A stretch of DNA of 63,764 nt from the IMG/VR virus record IMGVR_UViG_3300025035_000020, positions 1 to 63,764 of that record, one strand, 5' to 3'. This DNA is from a virus. Its lineage: Duplodnaviria > Caudoviricetes. Under the pieces are notes generated by a model. That model saw only the letters and a list, made by a program, of their open reading frames with translations, was not told the origin of the DNA and made no database searches. Position numbers and translations under genes: made by a program. Positions 35,990-45,475 of this stretch are shown piece by piece (the first letter of the stretch is position 1; the number at the start of each line of letters is the position of its first letter).

Positions 35990-37917
35990 ACTCGTCCACC
36001 ATCGAAAGAGACAGTCTCGCTGTGCGAAGTTGAAGTCTGTTCGGACTTGGAGTTCGATTCGGAGAACTGACCGCTCGCCCCCACAGAACCAGAACCGGAC
36101 AACGTAGCACCAACATGTACCCCGGCTGCGGCACCAGCGGCCAGTGTCGACGCAATCTGCCCAGCAGCCTTAAGTGCGTCCACAATGATAGCCGCTTGCC
36201 GAATAAGTTGCTCCATATTACCAAGATATGCTTGCACCTGTGCCTGATAAAACGCCACGTTGGTCCGCAGTTCCGCCTCTTTTGCGGTTACCGTGATCTG
36301 AGCCTTGGCTGTCTCAGCCTGAGCTTGGGCTGAGAACCGCTGCGTGTCTGCGACATATGCCTGCGCGGCAGACTGGATGACTGAAGACTGAGACTGAATG
36401 CGAGTTTTCTCGGCTTCGAGATCGGCCACATAGGCCTCAATCAGAGAGCGGTTTCGCTGAATAGTCAGCTCAGCGCGCTTGACCTCAATATCGGCAACCG
36501 ACGATTTGCCCTGAATGAGCGCAGTGTAGGCGCGAGCCTCAGAGTCGATAATCCCAGCCTTGGCTACTTCGCCCTTCACTTGTGACTCATAGGCATCGAA
36601 GCGGACCTTGTCAGCTTGGATGCGCTCACCGAACGCCTGTACATCGGTTCTGTATACTTCAATGCGGCTGCGGGCTACCTCGGACTCGACTTGAGCGCCC
36701 TGCATCTGAGCCCTGAAAATCTCTACCCCTGTTTGCAACGCCTGTACCTGCGCGGTGTACGTGCGCACCTTCTGCTCGTTGATCTGCCCGCGAGCAACCT
36801 CGGCATCGATCTCAGCCTTGAACACTTCGAGTTTGGACAGCTCAGCGCGAACGCGCGTGTCAAAAACCTGAGCGAGAATCTGGTACCCATTCATACGCGC
36901 ATTAAACAGCGCTACCTGCGCGTTGTGGATGTTCAGCTGCGCCTCTACCTGAAACCGAGAGGCCTCGAAGATACGCTGCGCAGAGTTTAGGAAGATGTTG
37001 ACATACACGTTTTCTGCGGCGATGGCCTGCTGCACTGCAAAACGGATATTCTCTATCTGCGTCTCTACGAACTTGATGGTCAGCTCGCGATTGAGGGCCA
37101 GCTTCTTGATGGAAAGGTCCTGACGCAGCTGATCGACGCGTGCCGCCTGCATGCCAGTCGGCATCGTAAAGCCGCGTAACGAGAACTCCTCGGCCACCGA
37201 GTCGATCTCGCGGTTCACGATCATGTCCTCGCGCGACATTGCGCGCTCGACCATAGCCAGTTCGACCGCCGGCGGGATGCCACTACCGCCCGACCAAAGC
37301 GTCCGGACAACCTCGAATACTTCGTCGAGAATCTCAGCGTAGTAGGTGGGCTCCGACCACTGCAAGATGCCGGGAAGCGCCGTGCCCTCGAACTCTGGAG
37401 TGGTCGTGCTGAACTCAGGCAGCTGTATCCCGCTGAAGCTTGGGATAGCGATTTCCGCCAGCGTAGGAAGCGGCGGTACCACCAGTAGCGGTGCCTTGGG
37501 CAACACCACGTCGTTGATCAGCGGGCGCTCTGGTGCAGGGCCAAGCGCTATTGGCGATGGCGGCGTGGGGATGCTCAACGACCCGATGCTCGATACGAAC
37601 TCAGGAATGCTGAGGGTCGATACCGGAGGCGTGGGGTCAAGCACCGGACGGTCTGGCGTGTTGGACGTGATGCTGCCAAACGATGTCGGAGTAATCGCAG
37701 GCAGATCGAACTGAATAGCGATATTCGGATCGATATTCGGTACTGCCGGCGGCATCCCCGCACTGAAGTTGAAATTGACGCCTTCCAACGCGCTGATAGT
37801 ACTGAGCGCCGTGCGCTGCATTTCCGAAGACGTGCTTAGCGCGTCGCGGATACGCTTGTCTACGAGGTCTTCGACCACCGCAACGGCGCTGAAAGCTTCT
37901 TCGTACACGCCACCCAT
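35986..37917 (-). CDS. Virion structural protein (643 aa; Pro-rich linker and long coiled coil)
   Basis: Long ORF in the structural operon; GGAGG SD. Confidence 0.7.
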   Translation of the reverse strand: MGGVYEEAFSAVAVVEDLVDKRIRDALSTSSEMQRTALSTISALEGVNFNFSAGMPPAVPNIDPNIAIQFDLPAITPTSFGSITSNTPDRPVLDPTPPVSTLSIPEFVSSIGSLSIPTPPSPIALGPAPERPLINDVVLPKAPLLVVPPLPTLAEIAIPSFSGIQLPEFSTTTPEFEGTALPGILQWSEPTYYAEILDEVFEVVRTLWSGGSGIPPAVELAMVERAMSREDMIVNREIDSVAEEFSLRGFTMPTGMQAARVDQLRQDLSIKKLALNRELTIKFVETQIENIRFAVQQAIAAENVYVNIFLNSAQRIFEASRFQVEAQLNIHNAQVALFNARMNGYQILAQVFDTRVRAELSKLEVFKAEIDAEVARGQINEQKVRTYTAQVQALQTGVEIFRAQMQGAQVESEVARSRIEVYRTDVQAFGERIQADKVRFDAYESQVKGEVAKAGIIDSEARAYTALIQGKSSVADIEVKRAELTIQRNRSLIEAYVADLEAEKTRIQSQSSVIQSAAQAYVADTQRFSAQAQAETAKAQITVTAKEAELRTNVAFYQAQVQAYLGNMEQLIRQAAIIVDALKAAGQIASTLAAGAAAGVHVGATLSGSGSVGASGQFSESNSKSEQTSTSHSETVSFDGGRV

Positions 37918-37918
37918 G

Positions 37919-39091
37919 TCAAACCCTCCGGGACGATATTGCGACGTCCACTATTGCGTCGTGTATCTCAAACTCAGCGCCGCTGACGTTTCGGATTGTC
38001 ATACGCCAGTATCGACCCCAAAGCCCTTTGCCAAGCACCACCCGGCTGTTTCGTGGAGCTCCTGCTGCACGCTGCTCCAAGAAATATGTAACTGGCGGGT
38101 GCCCGGATTCGTACGTCTCCGCAGTTACTGCTATCTGCCCATCGCTAGTGTAGCCGAAGTACAGGGCATCTACACGTTTGGTCTGAACCGAGTCAAAGTC
38201 GGCAAAGCCACTTACTACTTCGGCGTCGATCTGCTCGCCTGAGTCCGTAGTACCGGCGAGCTCATACAGTCCGTCAGGGCCTACGGCGAGCGTCTTGCCG
38301 CCCGGTTGAGCAATGGACTCGAAATCGAAATTATTATACCAGCTCGCGGCGGCAGTCTCTGTGTTCATCACCCACGCGATCTTGTCAGGGTCTTTATACC
38401 ACGTACTGGCGGTTACTTCGGCCGCTGAGTCAATCGTAAGCTGAGTATCGGCCTGTAGCATAACGATGCTCGCCGAGTTACCAGTACTAAGCAGCAAGAA
38501 GAACTGCGGCTCGCTGGAGGCCGTTACTTCGGTGCTGCCGCCAGCACTGTTTATCACAGTCTCTTCAACGCGACGAAGTATCGTAATTGTGGCGCTGGCG
38601 TCCGCGCCTGTAGTAGCGGTTTCCGACAGTCCGAGGCCTACGGTAGAGGATGCCTCGGCAGTTTCGTTCGCTTGGAATATGGCAAGGGTACCGATAACCA
38701 CCGAGCTCGTAGCCTGCATAGCAGACGACAGCAGCTGCGGGATGTCCATAGCCGCGATTTCGTCTGTGACATTGGCCGCTGAGTCAGCCGTCACGTTAAT
38801 CGTCGCAAACGGAATACTGCGCCCGCGAGCGGCATCACTGAATAGGCCGGCCACAACCAGCGACGAGGATACTTCCCCCGTAGTCTGGGCCACATTGAGC
38901 AGCACCGCGTAGGCGTCGATAACGACCTGTGACGTTGTGACAGCAGTCGCTACGGTAATTGGTGGAGTAATACCCGGTGCAACGCCAGACGTGCTGCTGC
39001 CAACGGATTCACTGATGATGATTGCGTCCATGGCCGGGGTGTCAGAAACACCGACAGCCAGCACCTCGACGATCTCGCACACTACGCTCAT
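37919..39091 (-). CDS. Putative virion/tail protein (390 aa)
   Basis: Ser/Thr/Ala-rich; ATGA coupling. Confidence 0.65.
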   Translation of the reverse strand: MSVVCEIVEVLAVGVSDTPAMDAIIISESVGSSTSGVAPGITPPITVATAVTTSQVVIDAYAVLLNVAQTTGEVSSSLVVAGLFSDAARGRSIPFATINVTADSAANVTDEIAAMDIPQLLSSAMQATSSVVIGTLAIFQANETAEASSTVGLGLSETATTGADASATITILRRVEETVINSAGGSTEVTASSEPQFFLLLSTGNSASIVMLQADTQLTIDSAAEVTASTWYKDPDKIAWVMNTETAAASWYNNFDFESIAQPGGKTLAVGPDGLYELAGTTDSGEQIDAEVVSGFADFDSVQTKRVDALYFGYTSDGQIAVTAETYESGHPPVTYFLEQRAAGAPRNSRVVLGKGLWGRYWRMTIRNVSGAEFEIHDAIVDVAISSRRV

Positions 39092-41547
39092 GGCTTATTA
39101 ACTCCTACGAAAGTAGGGAACCCGTCTTTCTGGTTGATGCTATCCGGCGCGTACCCGAGCGCCCGTCTCTCTCCTTGGTACGACGATAGGTTGGTTGCGA
39201 ACACAAGCATATCGCTTCCAATTGCGCTGTGCTCAGCGAAGATAAACTGCACATCGCCAGAAAGCGGGTCAGGCGAGGGGGTCATCCAGTGATTGAACAC
39301 TTGGCTAGCGGTAACAGGAATGCTCAGTGGACCGCCGTACCCCGGAGATATCAGAAACAAGCTCGCCCGTTCATCCCGCTCTAAATCCCAACTCGTGCTG
39401 CTCGGAGTCTTGTCCATGCCTCTTTGGTTGAAGCCGTCAACAACTTGGCAGATAGATAGCCAGCTACCCGAATCCGCAAACTCATGGCATGCGCCCCCGC
39501 TACCGCCGCCAGCAACCCACGGGCCGCCGCCACCCGGCTCATACGCCGTGCAGACTACGCGGCGCTCTTTGGGAAAACCTGCGCCGCCGGAAGAGCAAGG
39601 CGCTTCGCCGCGACATACTTTTGTATTGCAGTCTGGACGATCCGGAGGGAATGGCGGCGCGTTGATCCGTGGAAAACAGCGCCAAGCGTACCCCACGTTT
39701 GGGTCCTTGACGACGTCGAAGCGCACCGCGGTGCTACCGCTGCGATTAAGGTTGAACCGGCTGGCAGTCGCGTAATAATACGCCTCTCGACTGAACTGTG
39801 GGATGGCCACGGCCGACACCACCTGCTCGCCACCCATGCGGTCTACCGTTGTAGTGCTCCGAAACACGCGCTCGCGCCAGACATAGGCTGCCTCGGGGGA
39901 TTGAATGAAGTCAGAGAACTTTGGCGGATCGTATCCTAGGTCCTTCGAGTCGATCTGGGTAACGACTGTAAGTTCCTGTAGCACTTTGCGGTCGTCAAAA
40001 TCGTTTGAGTACATCATGTCCGGGAAGGAGCGCGACCCAGACGTCTCGGTGATGGTCCACGACCCTGCAAGCAGGCACTCGCCGGAAAACCGCGGGTCGT
40101 CTACGTTGTTGAAGACGTCCTGCTTCGGATTCCGATAATACTTCACAACCTTGAGGTCGTCGTCCACAAACGCCACGAACATAGGGGTGTCGACCTTCGG
40201 TATCGGCAGCCCAGCAGCCTCGATACTTGGCACCCCCGAATGGCTCAGTAATCCGGGCAGCATCGGCTCGTGGAACTTGATCGGTACGTATCGCGCGGGC
40301 CCTTTTGCGGGTGGAGAGTAGATGAATCCCTCGGTGTTCTTCCGCAGGTTTGCGGTACCGTCGGCGACCGGCTCATCTGGTTTCCGAACCTCTTTAACTG
40401 CGCCGATGGTGATGTTTACTTGATACCAAACACCGCGCTGAAAGCCGTCATCGCCAAAATAGTACGCCGTATTATGTGCTTCATTACCCCGCTCATTGAA
40501 CGCCCAGCCCATGGCAGAGCTGTACGGACTACAGCGATAGAACTCCTGCAGATCCTCGGGCTTCATCAAACGCAGAATATCCCCGCTGGTAACCATCTCC
40601 TCAACCTGCGCGCTCAGGGCTGGGAACGCTTCACCCGTCGGTAGGCACCCGAGCTCATCTAGCGCGAATACCATTGCTGAGTCCCCGCGTGCTTCAGCAC
40701 TGGCTCGGAACTCGTCGGTTCTCGACATGGGGAAGTTGGGGAGCAGGCGAGCGATAACGCCGCGCGCGTTGCTTATTTCCACCAGCCACAGGCGGCCGTC
40801 CGCTCCCGTCGTGATACCGTGCGTGCGCGCAAAGCGCCAATCGAAGCGAATCTGTACGCCGTTGTCGCGTACATCCCTGATATACCTAGCATCGACATAC
40901 CCGTCTTCAGCCTTCGGGGTACCGCGGCCGCGCAGTTTTTCTTTCCGAATACGCCCTAGCCCCATGACTACCTGAGCAACCTTTTTCATGGTTCCCGAGT
41001 ACATGGACGACCGCAGCTTGGTGTATTGAGAAAACACCGGTATGCCTGTTAGCGAATTGTTTTTCAGCTCATCAAATGCCGCGTGTGGGCTAACCGCCAG
41101 CCGCGTTACTTCTTGTCGGCCACCAACCAGCTCCTTGTGCGTATCTCGACACACGGGGGTCGGGGAAAACAAAGCGCATACGAAGAACGTAAAGTCCCTA
41201 CCACGCGCGTCTTTGCGCGTACGCTCTTCCAGATATCCGTTGAACACCAACCCCGAGTAGAACTCTGGTTCTGGCGTGTCGTCGTATGTCTCGAATTCCT
41301 CGGGATTCAGCCGCTCGGGTACCTCTGGGGCCACTGCAATATGCAGCACATGCTGGTCGCCAGCTGATAGGACGTAGACCGTAGAGTCATCGTCCAACCG
41401 GCGCGACAAAGCAAAAGTATCGACTCCAGCCAGCCGCTTGAAATTCTGCACCTCATAGAGCATCGCCTTGGCATCAGGAATGAGTGCCAAGGCGCGAGAC
41501 GCATCTCCCTCCAGCCGAATCGATGGAAAGCCATCGTAAACAGCCAT
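39088..41547 (-). CDS. Putative virion/tail protein (819 aa)
   Basis: Long ORF in the structural operon. Confidence 0.65.
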   Translation of the reverse strand: MAVYDGFPSIRLEGDASRALALIPDAKAMLYEVQNFKRLAGVDTFALSRRLDDDSTVYVLSAGDQHVLHIAVAPEVPERLNPEEFETYDDTPEPEFYSGLVFNGYLEERTRKDARGRDFTFFVCALFSPTPVCRDTHKELVGGRQEVTRLAVSPHAAFDELKNNSLTGIPVFSQYTKLRSSMYSGTMKKVAQVVMGLGRIRKEKLRGRGTPKAEDGYVDARYIRDVRDNGVQIRFDWRFARTHGITTGADGRLWLVEISNARGVIARLLPNFPMSRTDEFRASAEARGDSAMVFALDELGCLPTGEAFPALSAQVEEMVTSGDILRLMKPEDLQEFYRCSPYSSAMGWAFNERGNEAHNTAYYFGDDGFQRGVWYQVNITIGAVKEVRKPDEPVADGTANLRKNTEGFIYSPPAKGPARYVPIKFHEPMLPGLLSHSGVPSIEAAGLPIPKVDTPMFVAFVDDDLKVVKYYRNPKQDVFNNVDDPRFSGECLLAGSWTITETSGSRSFPDMMYSNDFDDRKVLQELTVVTQIDSKDLGYDPPKFSDFIQSPEAAYVWRERVFRSTTTVDRMGGEQVVSAVAIPQFSREAYYYATASRFNLNRSGSTAVRFDVVKDPNVGYAWRCFPRINAPPFPPDRPDCNTKVCRGEAPCSSGGAGFPKERRVVCTAYEPGGGGPWVAGGGSGGACHEFADSGSWLSICQVVDGFNQRGMDKTPSSTSWDLERDERASLFLISPGYGGPLSIPVTASQVFNHWMTPSPDPLSGDVQFIFAEHSAIGSDMLVFATNLSSYQGERRALGYAPDSINQKDGFPTFVGVNKP

Positions 41548-41553
41548 GTGGGA

Positions 41554-42153
41554 TTAGGTCGAGGTCAGTTGGACGCGGTACGCGAGATTGAAGACGTCCG
41601 TATTGAACAGCGTGCGGGCCGCGGTAAACTTGGCCGCGGAAATCAGCTTCCCGGTAACCGCGCCCTTTGCCGCGTCGCTGGTCATCGCCGCGCCGTTAAC
41701 GGTCAGGCTGGAGGCCGTAGCAATCGTAAACGCCGCCTTGTTGGCGAGGTTATCGATCAGCGGGGTTGTCGGCGCGGTCGGTACCCAGACGGGGCGAGTG
41801 GCCTCGGTATACCCTTCTGTGCTGGACGTGATCTCGCTGGCAGTAGCCGGGTAACTCGCAGCAGTGAGCCCCGCCAACGGCGTGTAGTTTGCTGCGTACA
41901 GCGAAAGATACCATGTTGGCAACTTAGCGCCATTGTTGAGGCCGACAGTAAGCAAATACAGCAAGCCCTCGTCGGGCAGGAGATTGGGGTCAAATCTCTC
42001 ATCGCTACCGTTCACGTCGTGCAGGTACCCGCCATTACCGACGGCTGAAGCCTTGGCGAAAAGGATGCCGCCATCATCAGCGATCTCGTACTGATGATTG
42101 TGTAAGTAGCGCCGGAACTCGCCGGCATGACGATTCAAATCTTTATGGAACAT
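41554..42153 (-). CDS. Putative virion structural protein (199 aa)
   Basis: AGGAG SD; beta-rich composition. Confidence 0.65.
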   Translation of the reverse strand: MFHKDLNRHAGEFRRYLHNHQYEIADDGGILFAKASAVGNGGYLHDVNGSDERFDPNLLPDEGLLYLLTVGLNNGAKLPTWYLSLYAANYTPLAGLTAASYPATASEITSSTEGYTEATRPVWVPTAPTTPLIDNLANKAAFTIATASSLTVNGAAMTSDAAKGAVTGKLISAAKFTAARTLFNTDVFNLAYRVQLTST

Positions 42154-42198
42154 GGCCCTATCTCCTAAGCTTGGGGGAGCACAGTTGTGAATACTACA

Positions 42199-42954
42199 TC
42201 ATTCAATCGGGAGTTGCGCCAAGCTAACAGCCAGCGCGAATGCGCGGAACCGCTGATCGCTAGTTAGATCAACTCGCCACTTGCCAACGCCATCCCCTGC
42301 GCCGACCGGGAAGCCCTTGGCTGGATTGCCCTGCTCAAGATCGGCCGCGTTCAGCTGCACCGAGGTGCCTGCTGGGACATTCAGTACCAGCGGCCCGCTG
42401 CGCGTGCCTGCATCATCGGTGGCAAACAGGATTACGCTAGCCGGCTCGCTCGTCGAGATAATGCGCAGAAACGTCCGCTGTTCAGGGTTACTTGCGGGGT
42501 TAAGTGCCCACGCCGTAGCGTTATACGCACCGACGATCCGCGCTAAAGGCAAAGGCCCATCGAAAAACGTCTGTGTGGCACCGTTCGGCGAAAACAACCG
42601 CGCGTGGGCCACGACCGTATCGCCAAGTTCAGTCCCCGCGATCTTGCCGATTGCGAGCACACAAGAGCTGGAGCACGTCGCGACCACAACACTGCTACCG
42701 TTAGCAAGGAGCGTACCGCCTGACACGGTGGCTGGTGTGGCAAAAGTCACACCTTCGGGGAGCGTCAGTCGGAACGTGACGGATTCGCCCGTCATAATCT
42801 CGATGTCTGCTGGCAGCGTGATTACCTCAGCACGCTGCACGTTGATATTGGCCGGCGTGCAGGCTGTGCCGAGTGTGCCGTAACACAGGTCGGCGGCGAT
42901 TGCCTGCGTTACCGAGGTTGCAACGACGAAGATGATTGCAGTAATACGTTTCAT
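42199..42954 (-). CDS. Secreted/periplasmic protein with Sec signal peptide (251 aa), moron-like
   Basis: MKRITAIIFVVATSVTQAIA|AD signal peptide; GAGGAG SD; paired cysteines. Confidence 0.75.
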   Translation of the reverse strand: MKRITAIIFVVATSVTQAIAADLCYGTLGTACTPANINVQRAEVITLPADIEIMTGESVTFRLTLPEGVTFATPATVSGGTLLANGSSVVVATCSSSCVLAIGKIAGTELGDTVVAHARLFSPNGATQTFFDGPLPLARIVGAYNATAWALNPASNPEQRTFLRIISTSEPASVILFATDDAGTRSGPLVLNVPAGTSVQLNAADLEQGNPAKGFPVGAGDGVGKWRVDLTSDQRFRAFALAVSLAQLPIE

Positions 42955-43026
42955 GTGGATACTCCTCTTGGGGTGCCTAAATCTCGGCGATGCGCTCAAA
43001 CACTATCGGTCCGATGCTCGCCACGT

Positions 43027-43035
43027 AGTATAGCA
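43027..43035 (-). promoter_or_regulatory. Extended -10 promoter for the secreted-protein gene
   Basis: TGcTATACT on the minus strand in the intergenic gap. Confidence 0.55.
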
Positions 43036-43042
43036 GGCGCAC

Positions 43043-43198
43043 TTACGGCCCATTCTTGATTTGATACGCCGCTACCGCGACAAGCACAGCGGCGGCGGCA
43101 GCGCTGATCCACCACGGGATCATCAGCGTAATCACAATGATCGACGCTGCAATCAACAGTTCAAGCGGCGAGAAATTGGCATCACCTAACGCGCTCAT
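43043..43198 (-). CDS. Very hydrophobic small membrane protein (51 aa)
   Basis: AGGAG SD; LLIAASIIVITLMIPWWISAAAAAVLVAVAAY. Confidence 0.6.
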   Translation of the reverse strand: MSALGDANFSPLELLIAASIIVITLMIPWWISAAAAAVLVAVAAYQIKNGP

Positions 43199-43206
43199 AC
43201 TCTCTC

Positions 43207-43527
43207 CTATACCGCGCCGATAGCTGCGGCACGCGCTGGCGTCAGTACGCCGATCTGCGCCATATACCCGAGCGCCTGCGCAACTCTCGGACTTGCAAGA
43301 TCGACCATGCCGTCCGGTTTGCCCATCAGCAGCGCAAGCGCCATTGCTAGATTCGCATCCGTCTGCGCGAGTTTCTGCCCCGCCAACCATTCCCGCGGCG
43401 TGAACCGTTCAATGAAATCGTCGCGGGCAATGCGCGTTTGCACGGCAACTTCCGGCACCGCATCGACAACTAGCCGCCTGCCGACTACGCGCCCTTGGTG
43501 AATGATATCTTCGTATCGCTCCGTCAT
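43207..43527 (-). CDS. Tail fibre assembly chaperone-like protein
   Basis: FIERFT..E, VDL...V..AL..M...GVLTPARAAAI pattern; follows fibre genes. Confidence 0.55.
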   Translation of the reverse strand: MTERYEDIIHQGRVVGRRLVVDAVPEVAVQTRIARDDFIERFTPREWLAGQKLAQTDANLAMALALLMGKPDGMVDLASPRVAQALGYMAQIGVLTPARAAAIGAV

Positions 43528-43952
43528 ATTCTGTACCTGAGGTATAGCGCCAACTTGTTAGTTTCGGTCAACGACGATGATATGTCCACGGAAAACGATT
43601 GAGCAAACGGGATTGCAGGCCCGAGCGAACCTGCATATCCGACAGCGAACTGAAAGCCGCTGCCGGATGAAACTGCGGTGCTTGTTAAATCTACCACAAT
43701 AGCGCCGTCTATCGTTACCCGTAGCCTTGTGATTCGCGACGTGGCATCGACCCGCTGTAGCGCGAGGTAATCTATGTAGCCAGCGCCAGAAACGTTGACA
43801 ATCTCTTTAAGCACACTTGCGGTTAGCGCACCCGACAAATTTTTTGCCGCTATCCCGGGGGCCGATGCAAATGCCGCTTGCGGGTCGAGGCCGAATATCT
43901 GCGACGTACTCTTTGCCGGTTGCACTATGCTGCTCAGCAACACGTCTGCCAT
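43524..43952 (-). CDS. Putative tail fibre / receptor-binding subunit (142 aa)
   Basis: Tightly coupled in the fibre cluster. Confidence 0.55.
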   Translation of the reverse strand: MADVLLSSIVQPAKSTSQIFGLDPQAAFASAPGIAAKNLSGALTASVLKEIVNVSGAGYIDYLALQRVDATSRITRLRVTIDGAIVVDLTSTAVSSGSGFQFAVGYAGSLGPAIPFAQSFSVDISSSLTETNKLALYLRYRI

Positions 43953-44290
43953 TACACTATCCTCAGTAAGCCAGCGGCATACGCCACCAGCATCGCGGTA
44001 TCGCCGTCGCTAACAAGCAGATCATTACCGCCGCCAACGGCATCAATCACATTGCCGTTGCTCACGATCCTGTGCGCTGCACCTTTTGCGTTTACTGCAA
44101 ACACATCGCCGGCCGCTACGGATATTGGCAGCGTGATGTTCTGCGTCACGGCGTTGTTTACAACATATCCCTGACCTGCGGCGATTGCCGTTGACCCGGT
44201 TACCGTTGACCACGACAAGCCACCGCCCGCAGCAAATGCGCCGGTACTGCTGCTGCTGCGAACAACATCACTTAGCGACGGGATTGGCAT
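43952..44290 (-). CDS. Putative tail fibre component (112 aa)
   Basis: GQGYVVN...ITLP....GD motif typical of fibre repeats. Confidence 0.55.
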   Translation of the reverse strand: MPIPSLSDVVRSSSSTGAFAAGGGLSWSTVTGSTAIAAGQGYVVNNAVTQNITLPISVAAGDVFAVNAKGAAHRIVSNGNVIDAVGGGNDLLVSDGDTAMLVAYAAGLLRIV

Positions 44291-45081
44291 TATGCGTGAA
44301 CAACAACGCGCAAGGAATTGAGAGCTGGAGCCGAATCAAAAATCGTGGTTACGGTGTTGGCGCTAGTCACCTGCTTTTCAACGAGTACTTCGCGCTTGCT
44401 GCCGCCCGTTTCATACACCTGCACAATAACGTCTGTGCTATTGAGATTATGTGTAACGGCGATGCTTGTTGCAGACCCGTCGCCAATCGTGGCGGCAAAC
44501 CTTCGCAGCGCCCACGATGCGGTTTTGGCCTTCAGCGGGGTGACGATACGCAGGTCATCTGTACCGGTATCAGTCTCAGCTTGTGTCGCGATCTCGGCGA
44601 TACCAGCCGTAGCTTCAGATGCGGCAGGAGCAGCGGTGCCGAACGCTGCCCATATGACATTGTTGGTGCCAATGACACCATTCACCTGTGTCTGCCGCCA
44701 CGATGTCCCTGCATTCGTGCCCTCGTCCGCCGTAACCGTAGCAGACTCAAGCTCATCGAACGTATCCGCCCCCGCTGTACGCGTCATCGGTGTAGCCGCG
44801 CCGTTCCACACGTAGATGCCGTTTTCAATTTGCGAGGTCTGGTTCTTCAGCAATACGCGATCACCGCCCGCCAGCGTAATGCCATCAACGGCGGCACCGG
44901 GCGAGGCAATTGTGACATTCGCAACGCTCGCAACGCGGACGTTATCTTTCCACGCGATGCCTTCGACGGCCGCGGCTAGCTGCTCGAATACTACCGGCTC
45001 ACCGCTCGCGGTTGCTGCGGCAAGGTTTGTGATGCGGCGCGCGCCGCCAAAATCGAGCTTGGTATTAACAAGGAGTGTCAT
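44290..45081 (-). CDS. Tail fibre / head-fibre-like protein (263 aa)
   Basis: WKDNVRVAS, GDRVLLKNQT..ENGIYV, ASEATAGIAEIATQAET, VTHNLN. Confidence 0.75.
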   Translation of the reverse strand: MTLLVNTKLDFGGARRITNLAAATASGEPVVFEQLAAAVEGIAWKDNVRVASVANVTIASPGAAVDGITLAGGDRVLLKNQTSQIENGIYVWNGAATPMTRTAGADTFDELESATVTADEGTNAGTSWRQTQVNGVIGTNNVIWAAFGTAAPAASEATAGIAEIATQAETDTGTDDLRIVTPLKAKTASWALRRFAATIGDGSATSIAVTHNLNSTDVIVQVYETGGSKREVLVEKQVTSANTVTTIFDSAPALNSLRVVVHA

Positions 45082-45090
45082 GGCGTTCCC

Positions 45091-45474
45091 CTAGTTGATG
45101 ATGGCATATCCAGTTGCCGGAGAGTCGAGGATAATCTGCATCTGATTATCGCTGATATTCACTACTTCGGCAATCATCCGTTGACCGCCTGACGTATATG
45201 CGTCGGCGGACACTTTCCTGTCGAGGTTGTGATTGATCACCCATACAGTCGCAGCGCTTGCCTGTGTGTGGATAAAGCTTGACAGCGCTCCGACTGGCCC
45301 TTCCGCCTTGACCTTCAGCGCCTCTGCCAAGCCGTTGACGTCGGATATCGTAAACGCAGCCTGTGCTGGCGGCGGCTCGCTGGGCTCGGAGTCAGCGGGA
45401 ACCACGAACCGCCCAGCTTTGAACGCCAGTGCTGAATTACCCGTCAACCACTTGCCCGCCATAAAGCCCGCCAT
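45091..45474 (-). CDS. Putative tail fibre-associated protein (127 aa)
   Basis: ISDVNGL repeat; HTQ...W.INHNL domain resembles the C-terminus of the next gene. Confidence 0.6.
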   Translation of the reverse strand: MAGFMAGKWLTGNSALAFKAGRFVVPADSEPSEPPPAQAAFTISDVNGLAEALKVKAEGPVGALSSFIHTQASAATVWVINHNLDRKVSADAYTSGGQRMIAEVVNISDNQMQIILDSPATGYAIIN

Positions 45475-45475
45475 A

